Source: Octopus vulgaris (Eukaryota). From it: a stretch of DNA of 64,000 bases. Location of the stretch: assembly GCA_951406725.2 (NCBI GenBank), contig OX597820.1, positions 15,066,001 to 15,130,000 of the forward strand. The letters run 5' to 3'. Positions 1 through 14,549 of the stretch are shown here, piece by piece. Positions within the stretch are counted from its first letter, which is position 1. Every line of letters begins with the position of its first letter. The position numbers and the translations under genes were made by a program. The notes under the pieces were generated by a model. It was not told the origin of the DNA and did no database searches. It worked only from the letters and a program-made list of their open reading frames with translations.

Positions 1-32
<32 letters not shown>

Positions 33-204
33 CTATCAGATAGATAGATAGATATAGATATACGCATGTATGTATGTATTTATATAGTGCGTGTATATAT
101 ATATGATTTAATAGGTAGATATTTACGTATATATATGTATATATATGAATATGTATATATATATATGAATATGTATGTATGTTTATATATATATATACAT
201 ATAT

Positions 205-249
<45 letters not shown>

Positions 250-1757
250 TATATATATATATACATATATAGGTATATATATATAGACACATTTGTATAT
301 ATTTTATATGTATAATTGTGAGTGTTATATGCATGAGTGAATATGTAAATGTACATGTGTGTGTGTGTGTGTGTGGAGAGAGCGAGAGAGAACGAGAAGA
401 GGGTAGGGCTAAGCGTGCAATGTACTTAATGTAGGTGCAATGCGAAATGGCAAATTAACTGCGTTATCCAGCCGACACAGACACATGCATACACACACTC
501 TCACACACACACATACACACACATATATGTACAAATCTCGTAAGATTTTCCCAAATACATTATATATACATATTAATATCAAATATATATATCTGTGTAC
601 CTGTGATTATGTGTATATGTGTACCTGTGCATGTGTATTTGTCTTCGCAACTTTTGTGAACCAACACACTCATAATACGTTGTAACATTAATGTAAGAAG
701 AGAATTCTCGAAGAAGAAAAACAAAAGATCATAGCTTTTTTCATTTTTTACTCCTTAAGTCATTACTCTTAAAGTAGACCTATGACCAACAATAATCCAA
801 TCGTGGCTACCACACTTTTAAATAACAGTAGAATGTGATTCAAGGAAAATTTGGCTTCGGTCTGTTTAATTAGATTGTTGTCAGCGGCAACCATTTCTGT
901 TTTATTCATTTTTTAATTTTTTTTCGCAACACTGAAGACGTTCACAAAAGGCAGCAGACGAAAATTGCCAAATTTAGAATAGAGTTATGGCGGCCACATT
1001 CATTCAAAAATTCACATTAAAATACAAGGCCTCATAAATTTTAAAATTTCTAAACGCGAATACATATTGAAAAATGACTAGAATCGGACCGTTACAAGCA
1101 TCTTAATTTATTGCCTTATTCTTAATTCAGTTATTATGGGATTAAGATAGTATTATTTCTTTTTCCCATGTCGTCTGTTAAATTCAATGAAAATATTTTG
1201 TACACACATTCTTCGGTTGCCATCTTAGACGATAATTTTTCAAACGATATACGTATTAGCAATGGTGTGGCGTTTTCAACACCTATGAAAGGTGTTTTGC
1301 AGTTACATATACATATATACATATACATATATATGATGTAAAGGAATAGGGGATTTTTAATACGGGCGGGCAGGTAGGCTACAAGTACGCTTATATAATC
1401 CAGGTTCTGACAAACCACATCGAATTATATGAAGCAGATACTGTTGTTTAAGGCAAACATCAGACGGTATTTCACTCGATAAGTAAAAACCGAGTTCGTC
1501 TCCTTGAATTTTATTGAGTATACAGGGAATATAATGAAGACATTATTAAAAAATGGACAATCATACATTTTCAGAGCTTGTTTATGACAGTATTATACAC
1601 AATAGATACACGTTAACATGAATATATTGTATATGATACTGTAATACACAGTGTTTGAGGATCTATAATTCCCCATTCTTTTTTATAATGTCTTGTGTGT
1701 GCATGTGTGTTTATATATATATATGTGTGTGTGTGTGAGTGTATGTATGTATGTATT

Positions 1758-1807
<50 letters not shown>

Positions 1808-1903
1808 TATATATATATACACATAAACATATATATGAATATAAACATATATATATATACACATATACATATATATACATACATACAATACATATATATA
1901 TAT

Positions 1904-1996
1904 ATACAAAATTTAGAGGACTGACCACTAAAAGTGGACAGCCTATGTGCTAGATATAGACGTCAAAATCGCCATTTTGTCCTCTAAATTTTGTAT
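1904..1996. repeat. Short fold-back element in (TA)n, 18-bp inverted arms; probable Penelope-like relic
   Basis: ATACAAAATTTAGAGGAC (1904-1921) is the reverse complement of GTCCTCTAAATTTTGTAT (1979-1996). Family assignment is inferred from architecture only. Confidence 0.5.
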
Positions 1997-2086
1997 GTAA
2001 AAAAATTTTTAATCTTCGGATTTTTAAAAATATGCTAGGCCACTGGTTTTAATTGATTAATATCAATTTCTACCCTTATTAAATTT

Positions 2087-2132
<46 letters not shown>

Positions 2133-2569
2133 GTAGAAAAATTATTATTTCTGAACGAGAAACATTCAGTGACAGTACTCTAGAGTAAAGATTATTTGCC
2201 AACATAATGTGACAGTCCTGGTTAGGACGAACGTTATTGTTATTTAGCCCAAGGAAAGATTTATGTATGCACACATATATATACACACTCATACACACAC
2301 ATTAATATAGCAGTGTATGTATTTATTTATACATTAATTTATGCATTTATTTATAAATGTATGTATGGTTGTATGTATGATTCAGTGAACGTATGTTCAA
2401 CAAGGAGACTCTGGCAGAGAAGGAAGGAATACAATTAAGTGAATATAATGCGTTTATAGTATAGAGGGGTTCACAAAAGGCAGCATATACGTATGTGCGT
2501 ATGTGTGTATGTGTGTATGTGTATATATATATGTATGTATGTATATGTATATAGATATATATATATATA

Positions 2570-2863
2570 TCTTTATATATAAAAGTGAAGTTGTGTGTCT
2601 GTCTCCTACGATTTAGATTCCTAACTACTCCCACATTTTGCGGTGCAGTTTAGCCAAAACCGGGTATCTTATAGTCGTGATTTATATCGAGCCCTTCTCG
2701 GTATTAGCGCGCGTCTACGATGAGTCTACGATTTTAAAAAAAATTACCATCATTTTTTTTCCATTTTTAATGCATTTTTTGCTATTTTTTGGCTATAACT
2801 CTCTAAAAATGCTTATATAGTTATTTCCCTTACAAACCCGAGCAACGCCGGGCGATACTGCTA

Positions 2864-2864
<1 letters not shown>
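2570..2864 (+). mobile_element. Non-autonomous Helitron (~295 bp)
   Basis: 5' TC start, subterminal hairpin CCCGAGCAACGCCGGG, 3' CTAG end, inserted between A and T with no TSD. The 5' part is homologous to 56130-56330 and the 3' end to 56946-56973. Confidence 0.9.
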
Positions 2865-2925
<61 letters not shown>

Positions 2926-3160
2926 GTATGTATATATATATATATATATATATGTTATTTTACCAATTTGTATTCATGTTTTTTATAATAATTACTGGTA
3001 TCCTTATATATTACTATAATTTATATCTTATATGTAAAGAATAATATGCTATATGTATGTATGTTATCATAATTATCAGTTTAATAAACAAATAAGTTAA
3101 TATTTTAATGCTCAAAAGTTAATGAACCCCCTATTGTTCTCCTCTATTTTCTTATTTGCG

Positions 3161-3297
<137 letters not shown>

Positions 3298-3824
3298 TGT
3301 TCATGTAGATGTATATGTATATAAATGTGTGCGTATGTGTGTATATATATATATATATATTTCTGTATATACGTATAAATTCAGGGAATTTTCTCTCTGG
3401 TGACACACATTCACACATACGTGCACAGGCTCACACAGTCACACAAAGAAACAACAGAATAACTAGGAAGATAGAACAAAGGTGACAGGTGCTATCAAGC
3501 AATTATAAACTCGATAAGTGAGAGAGGGATTGCTTTGGCAAAACTTGCGACGGTGGCCATTTGCTCTCTGTTACATGACAGCTGTTGCATTGAGTGGCCT
3601 TAGAATAGAAAGTACAACGAAGCTTAACTATTCAGGTACATACAAACACGCACGCATGCGCTTACGCATCTGTGTGTTTGTATGCGCGGTGTAAACGTAT
3701 GCCTGAATGCATTTATGACCGCACACAGATACATATATACAAACATACATACATACATACATATATACTTTTATATATATATATATTTTATATATATATT
3801 TATTTATATATATATATATATATA

Positions 3825-3906
<82 letters not shown>

Positions 3907-3980
3907 TATATATATATACTTACATATATATACCTATATACATATATATACTTATATATACATATATATATGTACATATA

Positions 3981-4012
<32 letters not shown>

Positions 4013-4095
4013 CATACATATATATTTTAGATATATAAATATATATATATACGCACACAGAGACATGTTTGTGTGTAAATATGTATTTATGTATG

Positions 4096-4146
<51 letters not shown>

Positions 4147-4148
<2 letters not shown>

Positions 4149-4262
4149 TCATCATCGTTTGACGTCCGCTTTCCACGCTCGCATGGGTTGGACGGTTTGA
4201 CAGGAACCAACCAGATAGAAGACTACTGTGTCTGCTTTCGCATTGTTTTTACAGACAGAGTA
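4147..4262 (-). mobile_element. 3' end of SINE/LINE with RTE-like tail
   Basis: Minus strand reads CCGTCCAACCCATGCGAGCGTGGAAAGCGGACGTCAAACGATGATGATGA, a stem-loop followed by a (GAT)n tail. Confidence 0.6.
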
Positions 4263-4311
4263 GCCTGCTGTAGTCTTTATATATATACATACATACATAC
4301 ATACATACATG

Positions 4312-4376
<65 letters not shown>

Positions 4377-4681
4377 GTGTGTGTGTCTGTATGTATGTAT
4401 GTATGTATGTATGTATGTCATGGCGTGTGACTGTATCCTCTTGTTACTAATAATATAACCTCATTCGTTCGCTACAAAAGACCATACAAAATGAAGGCTC
4501 ATACTCGGAGCTCACACGATGACATACAAGAAAGAGAACTCACGTCGGGTTCTCACCCACTTGACATTTTTGTCTTTACAGGATTTACTAGGAACGGTAA
4601 GCTCTAGCTACATTGCATACGCTTCTATCTATATCTATGTACGTATATATTTATATGTATGCGTGTGTATGTTCCTTTGAT

Positions 4682-4720
<39 letters not shown>

Positions 4721-4813
4721 GACGCACGCAGATTTATACATATGATTGTATATGTTTTATAATTACGCAAGGTATTTTATAATTTTATAATTCGCACAGG
4801 TATATATACTTAT

Positions 4814-4854
<41 letters not shown>

Positions 4855-4924
4855 TAATAAATAAAACATATGCATATATATATACATATATGTACTACCT
4901 ACCTCTACATGTATATATACACGC

Positions 4925-5208
<284 letters not shown>

Positions 5209-5327
5209 TATATACTTATATATAGATATAGATATAGATATATGTATATATATATACATGTAGTGTATGAATACACATACTTGCACATACATAAGCATTT
5301 CTACAACGTACTTCTCACCGTGCGTGC

Positions 5328-5360
<33 letters not shown>

Positions 5361-5562
5361 TCAGTAAACGGGAAACTTTAAGAAACAAATGATGCGACTT
5401 TCAGTTTTGAATAAACTTTATTTATGCTCCACAATCACGGATTCACTTCGCGTTTCTCAGTTTGTGTACACACAAATGCGGCACCATTTTGTTTAAATTT
5501 ACACGGGCGCACGCTCACCCATGCACGCGCGCACACACACACACACACATATACACAAACGC

Positions 5563-5597
<35 letters not shown>

Positions 5598-6536
5598 GAG
5601 GGGGAAGGGGAGAGAGAGAGAAAGAGATTCAGGCAACTCATCAAAGAAACGCATAGGTAATCAGAAGAGAGATAGAGATACCAGACCATTTTTCTAGGCT
5701 TGCATCTGGATAAATATTTCAGTATATCTATATAACAGTCTGTGTGTGTGTGTGTGTGTGTGTATGCGTGTGTGTATATGCGTGTGTGTGTATGTGTGTG
5801 TTTTCGCGTAAGCTTGTGTATGTAATGGTGGACTTACCTGTGTAAATAACGCTAGGGTACAAAATCCTTATTAAGAAAAAGTTTTCAGCTTAGGGGAGAA
5901 AATAATAAAATGAAATGAAGCTGCGTTCGGCGGCTCTGCTGCTAAGCTGTATAATAACACAGCCACTCACATCGCATAACTCTTACCTCTCTCTTTCTCG
6001 CTAACTCCATCTTCCTCCTCTCACTACACCTCTCACACAAAAACTACATACATATACGCATACATATTATATATATATATATATATATACTGTATATATA
6101 TATGCGTATTTATACATCGATATATTTCTACGTATCTATATAGATATATGAGTTTGTGTATGTGTGTGTGTGTGTATATACATGAATATTTTTATACGAC
6201 TATTGAAAAGGTTTGCAAGACACATCGAAAATTTTAGAAAAAATAAATGAGTGGAAATTAAATCGGAGTGTGTGTTAAATGATAAGGCACGAAAAGAGAA
6301 TGAACTCTCCCCAGACACAACAAAACATATTTATATTTATACATATATTATTCAGGTCTATATTCACATATATATATTCACACACACACACACACACACG
6401 TCTATGTATGTATGTATGTATGTATGTATGTATGTATGTATGTATGTATGTATGTATGTATGTATGTATGTATGTATATGTGTATGTATAAGTATATATA
6501 TATATGTCTTTGTATGTATGTATGTATGTATGTATG

Positions 6537-6570
<34 letters not shown>

Positions 6571-6574
<4 letters not shown>

Positions 6575-6890
6575 TACAGTAGTAGCTGTGTGGTAAGTAA
6601 CTTGCTTACCAACCACATGGTTGCGGGTTCTGATCCACTGCGTGGCACCTTGGACAAGTGTCCTCTACTACAGCCTCGAGCCGACCAATGTCTTGGGAGT
6701 GGAATATACACATGTACGTGTGTGTGTATGTTTGTGTGTCTATGTTTGTCCCCCTAATATCGCTTGACAACCGATAGAATAAGTACTAGGCTTACAAAGA
6801 ATAAGTCCTGGGATCGATTTGCTCGACCAAAGGCGGTGCTCCAGCATGGCCGCAGTCAAATGACTGAAACAAACAAAAGAATAAAAGAAT
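6571..6890 (+). mobile_element. SINE family A (tRNA-derived head, CORE-like box, internal microsatellite), internally deleted
   Basis: GCTGTGTGGTAAG (A box), GGTTCTGATCC (B box), CCTTGGACAAGTG, and GGCGGTGCTCCAGCATGGCCGCAGTCAAATGACTGAAAC tail; about 20 homologous copies in the window. Confidence 0.9.
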
Positions 6891-7780
6891 ATATATATGT
6901 ATGAAAATTTATAAATGTATGTATGTCCATCATTCTGTATACTTCGAACATGAAACAAAACACTTTCTTGTTCAAACGCGACTAAATTACAATAGATCGA
7001 CGATTAATTAGGGGTTGTTGTGGCGAGTATGCCGTTCTGAATTTGAGGCATAACCATAGGAGATTTAAAATGAAAGTAATGTTTGACTCGCTGACGCCAT
7101 TGTCTTATGAAAACTCACATTTACCTTTATATGTATTATTTATTACATGTGAATTCTCTCTCCCACCTCTCTTTTAATCTCAGCATATAAATTTATATAT
7201 ACAAATATATACAATGTGTGTGTATGTATGCATATTTGTGTATATATATATATATACATATAGATATGTTTGTGTACGCGCGCGTGTATGTATGTATGTA
7301 TGTATGTATGTATGTATGTACACATGTATTATGTATGTATTTTATACGCTGATTTCCTGGGGGAGGGGGGTTTGTGTGTTTGTGATCTTCGGATGGCCAT
7401 TTACTTTCTCAGTTACTCCGGAAGTCTGCTAAAGATGATTACGTCAAAAAGACTTGCTCAAGAACGTGTTTCCACGGTAAGGACGTTACAGAAACTGAAC
7501 ACTTGTAGACATACACACGCACTCAAACACACACATACATATACGTATGTGTGTATATACATATATATATATACACGCACACACATATGTATGTATAATG
7601 TTTCATCCATGACGAGTCTCTCCATACATTTTGTTCGACTCACAGTATAGGTTAGGACGCATTCTTCTGATATTAATGGTCCTGACTTTCTTCCTTTGAA
7701 CTGGTGACCCCACCCCAGGATAACACATACACACACACATACACATACATATGCTTCTATAATATATACATACATATATG

Positions 7781-7925
7781 TGTGGCTGCGTGGTAAGAAG
7801 CTTGCTTCCCAACCACATGGTTCTGAGTACAGTCCCGCTACGTGGCACTTTGGACAAGTGTCTTCTACTATAGCATAGGGCCGAGTGGATTTGCTAGATG
7901 GAAATTGAAAGAAACCCATCGTGTA
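7781..7925 (+). mobile_element. SINE family A, 5' half
   Basis: Homologous to other family A heads; ends at the internal TA/TG microsatellite. Confidence 0.85.
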
Positions 7926-7960
7926 TATACATGTATGTACGTATGTGTTTGTGTGTGTAT

Positions 7961-8039
<79 letters not shown>

Positions 8040-8040
<1 letters not shown>

Positions 8041-8115
8041 GAGGGTACAGAGGGTATAGAGGGTATAGAGGGTATAGAGGGTATAAATAAATATCCAGAG
8101 GGTATAGAGGGTATA
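8040..8115. repeat. 9-bp tandem repeat (AGAGGGTAT)n
   Basis: About 5 + 2 copies visible. Confidence 0.85.
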
Positions 8116-8208
8116 AATAATTATTTTCAAAGTGGAAAAATTTACAGATTTTTTTCTCTTAGAGGTTTTTCACGCTAACTACTGATAATTTCTTATAAAG
8201 ATTTTAAA

Positions 8209-8240
<32 letters not shown>

Positions 8241-8732
8241 AGCATTAGTTATAGAACAAACATTATATTTGGGGTAATATATTTTCAAATAAAAATTTTT
8301 TTTTTAAATAATTAAAGAATATTTTAATCGTTTGATAAAACTTTTTTAGTCGGTGGACATTTATTTTATTTTATGTTTACTTTTACTTATTTTATACTTG
8401 TCTATCACCTTTATTGGTAGTTTACGTTTAATTTTTTGATCGGCCGTTCTATCTGCATTTTATTCTATTACATATTTTCACCTTCTGTGATTTCGCGTAT
8501 ATGCATTATTTTTTATGTGTTTGGTTAACCATGGTGATTTTTTATATTTGATTAAATGTTTGAGGGGTGATGTTGTATGTAAAGTCGTAGACCCAAATTT
8601 AAAGTTTGTTCTATAACCAGTACTTCTTTATCTTCGTCCCATTCATATTTTAGCACTTCTCTTGTAGTCCTATAAAGCCTTTTGTTTCTATTAGAAGAGA
8701 CAAATACTATTTTTCTTGTTGTATATATATAT

Positions 8733-8811
<79 letters not shown>

Positions 8812-8817
8812 TGTGTG

Positions 8818-8874
<57 letters not shown>

Positions 8875-8883
8875 TTTATTTTG

Positions 8884-9051
8884 AAGCAGCAGAAAATTCA
8901 ACAAAACCTGTTACTCTGAGTTTCACGTTTCCGTTCGTCGGACAGTTTTTGCTAGAATTTTCTGCTGCTTTAAATAAATCATATTACTCTACCACTGGTA
9001 TTTGAGTACTCTTTTTTTCCACCTTGTTTCACATTTATGTGTTTACTCCGG
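8884..9051. mobile_element. Penelope-like fold-back relic containing a hammerhead motif
   Basis: Inverted arms AAGCAGCAGAAAATTC / GAATTTTCTGCTGCTT. The 3' ~90 bp is nearly identical to 23100-23185. Confidence 0.75.
8908..8945 (-). ncRNA. Minimal type I hammerhead ribozyme fold (U4C core variant)
   Basis: Minus strand: CTGT CCGACGA ACG-GAAA-CGT GAAA CTCAGAG TA ACAG, giving stem I 4 bp, stem II 3 bp plus GAAA loop, palindromic stem III and a UH site. Confidence 0.7.
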
Positions 9052-9325
9052 CATATATATATATATGCTGTATATGCTATTATTGCTAAGTTAAGTCCTC
9101 TTTGTTTCCTGCAACAACTGCTTCTCTTTATTTTGCATTTCCGTTTTATTTTCTTTTTTGTATTTTCACATTTCTTGGAGACTTTTTTTAACGCAATTTT
9201 TTTGTTTTGTCATTACTTGCTTCTGTTCATATCTCTATATCTGCACATATGCGGCGTCGTGTATGTTTGTGCATATATCTGCATGTTTATGCACAAATTC
9301 ATACACACACACATTTGTGCGTGCA

Positions 9326-9447
<122 letters not shown>

Positions 9448-9461
9448 TATATATATGATAT

Positions 9462-9570
<109 letters not shown>

Positions 9571-9725
9571 GAGATAGATAGATAGATAGATGTGTATATG
9601 TAACACTTGAAAACGTTGCTGAGTTGCTTGTTATTGATTTTTATCTTAAGAATATACATTTATTTGTAAGTGCATGCATGTAGTATAAACGTATGCGTAC
9701 ATATGTATATATACACACATGTATG

Positions 9726-9756
<31 letters not shown>

Positions 9757-9839
9757 ATGCATGTGTTTGTATACTATGTGTTGTACACGTGTGTTACGAG
9801 TGAGAGTGGAGTATTGTGCATGTGTCTTTAGACACATAG

Positions 9840-10098
9840 TTGTATGTATGTATATATGTATGTATATATGTATGTATGTATATATATGTATGTATGTATA
9901 TATGTATGTATGTATATATGTATGTATATATGTATGTATGTATGTATATATGTCTGTATGTATGTATATATGTATGTATGTATATATGTATGTATATATG
10001 TATGTATATATGTATGTATGTATATATGTATGTATATGTATGTATATATGTATGTATGTATATATGTATGTATATATGTATGTATGTATATATGTATG

Positions 10099-10129
<31 letters not shown>

Positions 10130-10330
10130 ATATGTATGTATGTATATATGTATGTATATATGTATGTATGTATATATGTATGTATGTATGTATGTATATA
10201 TGTATGTATGTATATATGTATGTATATATGTATGTATGTATATATGTATGTATGTATATATGTATGTATATATGTATGTATGTATATATGTATATATGTA
10301 TGTATGTATGTATGTATATTTGTATGTTTT
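9840..10330. repeat. Compound (TATG)n/(TA)n microsatellite
   Basis: Direct inspection; source of the MYVC/HTYI ORFs. Confidence 0.95.
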
Positions 10331-11336
10331 GTATATTTGGTTATCTGAGTTTGTTGTTCTGTATAATGAATGCGTTTGTTGATGAATATACGCGCGCAAA
10401 TGCGCGTATATTTGTGTGTAGTGTGCACGAGCGCAAATGTTTTTTTGCGATCGTTTTTACTTGGTGATAAAAATATTGTGGTCCTGTCGTAAAACGGTAG
10501 AATCCGATAAAGCGAACCATCTTTTGCATCGATGAACAGTGATATATAAATAGTTCAATAAATGGAATGTGTTTGAAGAATATTAGACCTTTAACGTTTC
10601 CGGTGGATGCCTTCGTCAGGCAGAAAAGAAGGGTCAGCTGTTGTTGAAAGATAATATATCGGTGTATCGGAGATTCGTTCTTTCTACTGATCTATTTCGT
10701 AGAGACATGGTGCGTAGCCCCAAACTACTTTCCAATGAATAGTTGAGCACTCTTGGAGGAACAAATGGCTCGAGATCTGCTTTCTTTCTGTGATTCAAGT
10801 GCGGCTAAGTTACCCTATAAACTTAGTGGTTCGTGGAAGAGAGCGGGAATGAGAAGTGGTGAGGAGGAGGGGAGGAGGAGGTGGTGGTGGTGGTGGTGGT
10901 GGAGGAGGAGGAAGAAAAAAAGAAGAAGAAAAAGAAGAAGAAAAAGAAGAAGATGAAGAAGAAGGAGGAGGAGGAGGAATATGTGGAAGATATTAATAGA
11001 CGGAGGGGGGGAGTGCTCAGACAGGGGGAGAAAATAAAAGAATGCCAGAAGATTTGAAAAAATGCTGTAATAATGAGAGGAGGTGTGGTTTTGCTGTGTT
11101 GTTGTATGTGGGGGGGGGGGGTTCTGTTAGCAAAGGAGAAGAGGGGGGAGGAGGAGGAGTGAAAGAGAAGAGGAAGGCTGAAGGAGGAGGAGGTGAAGGA
11201 GGAAAGGAAGAGGGACACAGTTTCTCAAACACTGAATGAAGAACAATTAGGCTTCATTATAAGTAGCATCATCATCATCATCATCATTATGTCATCATCA
11301 TCACCATCATCACCATGATTACATTACCTGCAACAG

Positions 11337-11367
<31 letters not shown>

Positions 11368-11404
11368 GCAAGCAAATAGATGTTTCTGATGACAACAGCA
11401 GCAG

Positions 11405-11612
11405 GGAGGAGCCTCTGTGCGGTTGTTCACATGCTAGAGATAGCAGCCAGGTGAAGGTCAGGTCATACAACCTACCACCTTGGAAAGCAAAAAAAAAAAA
11501 AAAAAATAGTATCGGACATTGGATATCGTGGGCCCCCTGGATGCACTGTGTCTCGGAGTGAAAGGGAACTGATGGAGGATGGCCACAACTGGATTGCCTT
11601 TGGGCACGTTCA
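11405..11612 (+). mobile_element. Old dispersed repeat (unclassified SINE-like); related fragments near 772-860 (-) and 43590-43715 (+)
   Basis: Shared degenerate motifs (TAGCAGCCA; TGG(C/T)C(A/G)C..CT; TTTG...ATAGG); highly diverged. Confidence 0.35.
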
Positions 11613-12146
11613 ATGAGGATTTATTTTCCTGGGCTTAAAAAGGAAAGAAGGCAGGTGATGGAAAGCAACACGTCATCCAACACGCGCGAACTGGTAACAG
11701 TTGTGAAGAAGAAAAAACAAAAACAAAAACAAAACAAATGCTCTGCTCCCCCCCCCCCGCTGCCTCTTTTTCATCCTCCCCTTCCTATTCCCCTTTTACT
11801 CCTACTCTCATTCATACTCGCCGTGTTACGTTCACTGTCAGTCCTCATACTTACACCTTCTTTACGCGGTAACCCATTCCTTGTCACCTGCCGCCACCAC
11901 CACCGCCGCCACCGCCGCCACCACCACCACCACCACCACCACCACCACCACCGTTACCCTTCGTTCACTCTTGACCGATTATGACGAAACTATAGTTTCT
12001 TTGGAGGTAGAAAAACTGATGGGGTATAAATATATATACCCCCATCATTTTTTCTACCTCCTTTTTTTGCCTTTCTCTCACCCTCGATTTCTCTTTCTAT
12101 CTCTGTCTGTCTGTCTGTCTTTCTCTCTTTGTCTCTTCCTCTGTTC

Positions 12147-12188
<42 letters not shown>

Positions 12189-12304
12189 TGCTCGCTCTGT
12201 CTCTCTTTCTCTGTCGTTCTCTTTACAGTTTATTCAACAGCTAATCAATACATAAACACACGTGTATGCAGACACGTATCCACTTGCTGACCGAATCACA
12301 CACT

Positions 12305-12370
<66 letters not shown>

Positions 12371-12496
12371 CACGCACGCACGCACGCACGCACGTGAACG
12401 CGTATGCGCCCGCAATCGCAAGCACACACATGCAGAGGTGCATATGCGCATTAAACACATGGAATTTGGTTACCGGTAGCGATTCAGGAGCACCAT

Positions 12497-12498
12497 TT

Positions 12499-12568
<70 letters not shown>

Positions 12569-12571
12569 TGG

Positions 12572-12639
<68 letters not shown>

Positions 12640-12671
12640 AGAGATGATAGATAGATAGATAGATAGAAGAT

Positions 12672-12739
<68 letters not shown>

Positions 12740-12767
12740 TAGATAGATAGATAGATGATAGATAGAC

Positions 12768-12818
<51 letters not shown>

Positions 12819-12823
12819 CAGAT

Positions 12824-12886
<63 letters not shown>

Positions 12887-12905
12887 GATAGATAGATAGA
12901 TAGAC

Positions 12906-12944
<39 letters not shown>

Positions 12945-12975
12945 TAGAAAGGAAGAGAGAGATAAAATAGATAGA
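12497..12975. repeat. (GATA)n/(GACA)n/(GA)n microsatellite block
   Basis: Direct inspection. Confidence 0.95.
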
Positions 12976-13131
12976 TATATGTGTGTGTTTCTAAGTGTGT
13001 GTGCGCGCGCTCACGCGTCTTCATATATATGTATGTGCGTGTGTGTATGTTTGATTTTCATTGAGTGTATTTGTGCATGATCCTTAACTCACCCCCTGAT
13101 GGGGTCCCTGTGGAGCTGTCATGGTACATGG

Positions 13132-13558
13132 AATTTCTTTACTACCCACAAGGGGCTAAACACAGAGAGGACAAACAAGGACAGACAAACGGATTAAGTC
13201 GATTGTATAGACCCCAGTGCGTAACTGGTACTTAATTTATCGACCCTGAAAGGATGAAAGGCATTTGAACGCAGAAAGTAACGGCAGACGAAATACCGCT
13301 AAGCATATCGCTAGGCATCCTAACGTTTCTTATTTCTTTATTGCACACAAGGGGTTAAACATAGAGGGGACAAACAAGGACAGACAAAGGGATTAAGTCG
13401 ATTACATCGACCCCAGTGCGTAACTGGTACTTAATTTATCGACCCCGAAAGGATGAAAAGCAAAGTCGACCTCGGCGGAATTTGAACTCGGAACGTAACG
13501 GCAGGCGCAATACCGCTAAGCATTTCGACGTGCTAATGTTTCTGCCAGCTCGCCGCCT
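13132..13558 (-). mobile_element. SINE family B, two tandem units
   Basis: Homologous to the family B consensus seen in other copies: GGCGGCGAGCTGGCAGAA head, GTTCAAATTCC B box, GCCTTTCATCCTTTCGGGGTCGATAAATTAAGTACCAG core (resembles Meta/MESC-type domain, from memory), GTAAAGAAATAG tail. Confidence 0.9.
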
Positions 13559-13830
13559 TAACTATTTCTATTTCTGTGATAACAAGCAGAAGGAAGGGTA
13601 GGTCGAGAAAAATGGATTACCATACTTGACTGCTAATGTTTCTGCCAGCTCGCCGCCTTAACTATTTCTATTTCTGTGACATTGGCGAAATGTTCCTACC
13701 TGATAGTTTGGTATATTGGGAACTACAACTGTGGTCATTGAGGTGGGCATGAAGAACCAGCAATATTTCGGCTGGACCTACTGTTATCATGACAATGACT
13801 AAAATAGGTCTTAGCCTTATTTCGACAGGC

Positions 13831-14222
13831 ATAGGCGTAGGGGTGGCTGTGTGGTAAGTAGCTTGCTTACCAACCACATGGTTCCGGGGTTCAGTTCCAC
13901 TTGGGCAAGTGTCTTCTACTATAGCCTCGAGCCGACCAAAGCCTTGTGAGTGGATTTGATAGACGGAAACTGAAAGAAGCCCGTCGTATATATGTATATA
14001 TGTATGTGTGTGTGTCTGTGTTTGCCCCCCCCCCCCAACATCGCTTGACAACCGATGCTGGTGTGTATACGTCCCCGTAACTTAGCGGTTCGGCAAAAGA
14101 GAACCGATAGAATAAGTACTAGGCTTACAAAGAATAAGTCCTGGTGTCGATTTGTTCGACTAAAGGCGGTGCTCCAGCATGGCCACAGTCAAATGACTGA
14201 AACAAATAAAAGAGTAAAAGAA
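13831..14222 (+). mobile_element. SINE family A, full length
   Basis: Complete head, internal microsatellite and (AAAAGAGT)n tail. Confidence 0.92.
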
Positions 14223-14489
14223 AGATTAAGAAATTAATGCACACCACAACAATATATCATAAGAAATTACGATTATTAGAATTTTCAACTCTGAAAATTG
14301 TATTAGAGTTAGTTTAGAAATATGTCGTACCTACAAGCACGACTGATCGATCCTTCAAAGCTACTTGGAAAATATGACAACAGTATTTAAACGTGTTTGG
14401 AAATCGACAGACGAAGAAACAAATAGGAAATATTCTCTGCACATCACATTGTATGAGTGTGTGTGTTAGCGAAGGAGAGAGAGAGGGGG

Positions 14490-14525
<36 letters not shown>

Positions 14526-14549
14526 GAAGTTCAAGGTTCCACTGTACCT

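Noticed and set aside
925-970. Hammerhead-like CTGAAGA...GAAA
   Set aside because: No convincing stem II/III or UH site. The similar motif at 10589-10622 (-) also has an offset stem I and a 2-bp stem II.
5832-5990. Minus-strand splice donor CAG|GTAAGT suggesting a non-coding first exon
   Set aside because: A single motif without a supported acceptor, promoter or ORF.
8248-8618. 26-bp imperfect inverted repeat bounding an AT-rich segment
   Set aside because: Possibly another PLE relic, but no recognisable coding or ribozyme motif supports a call.
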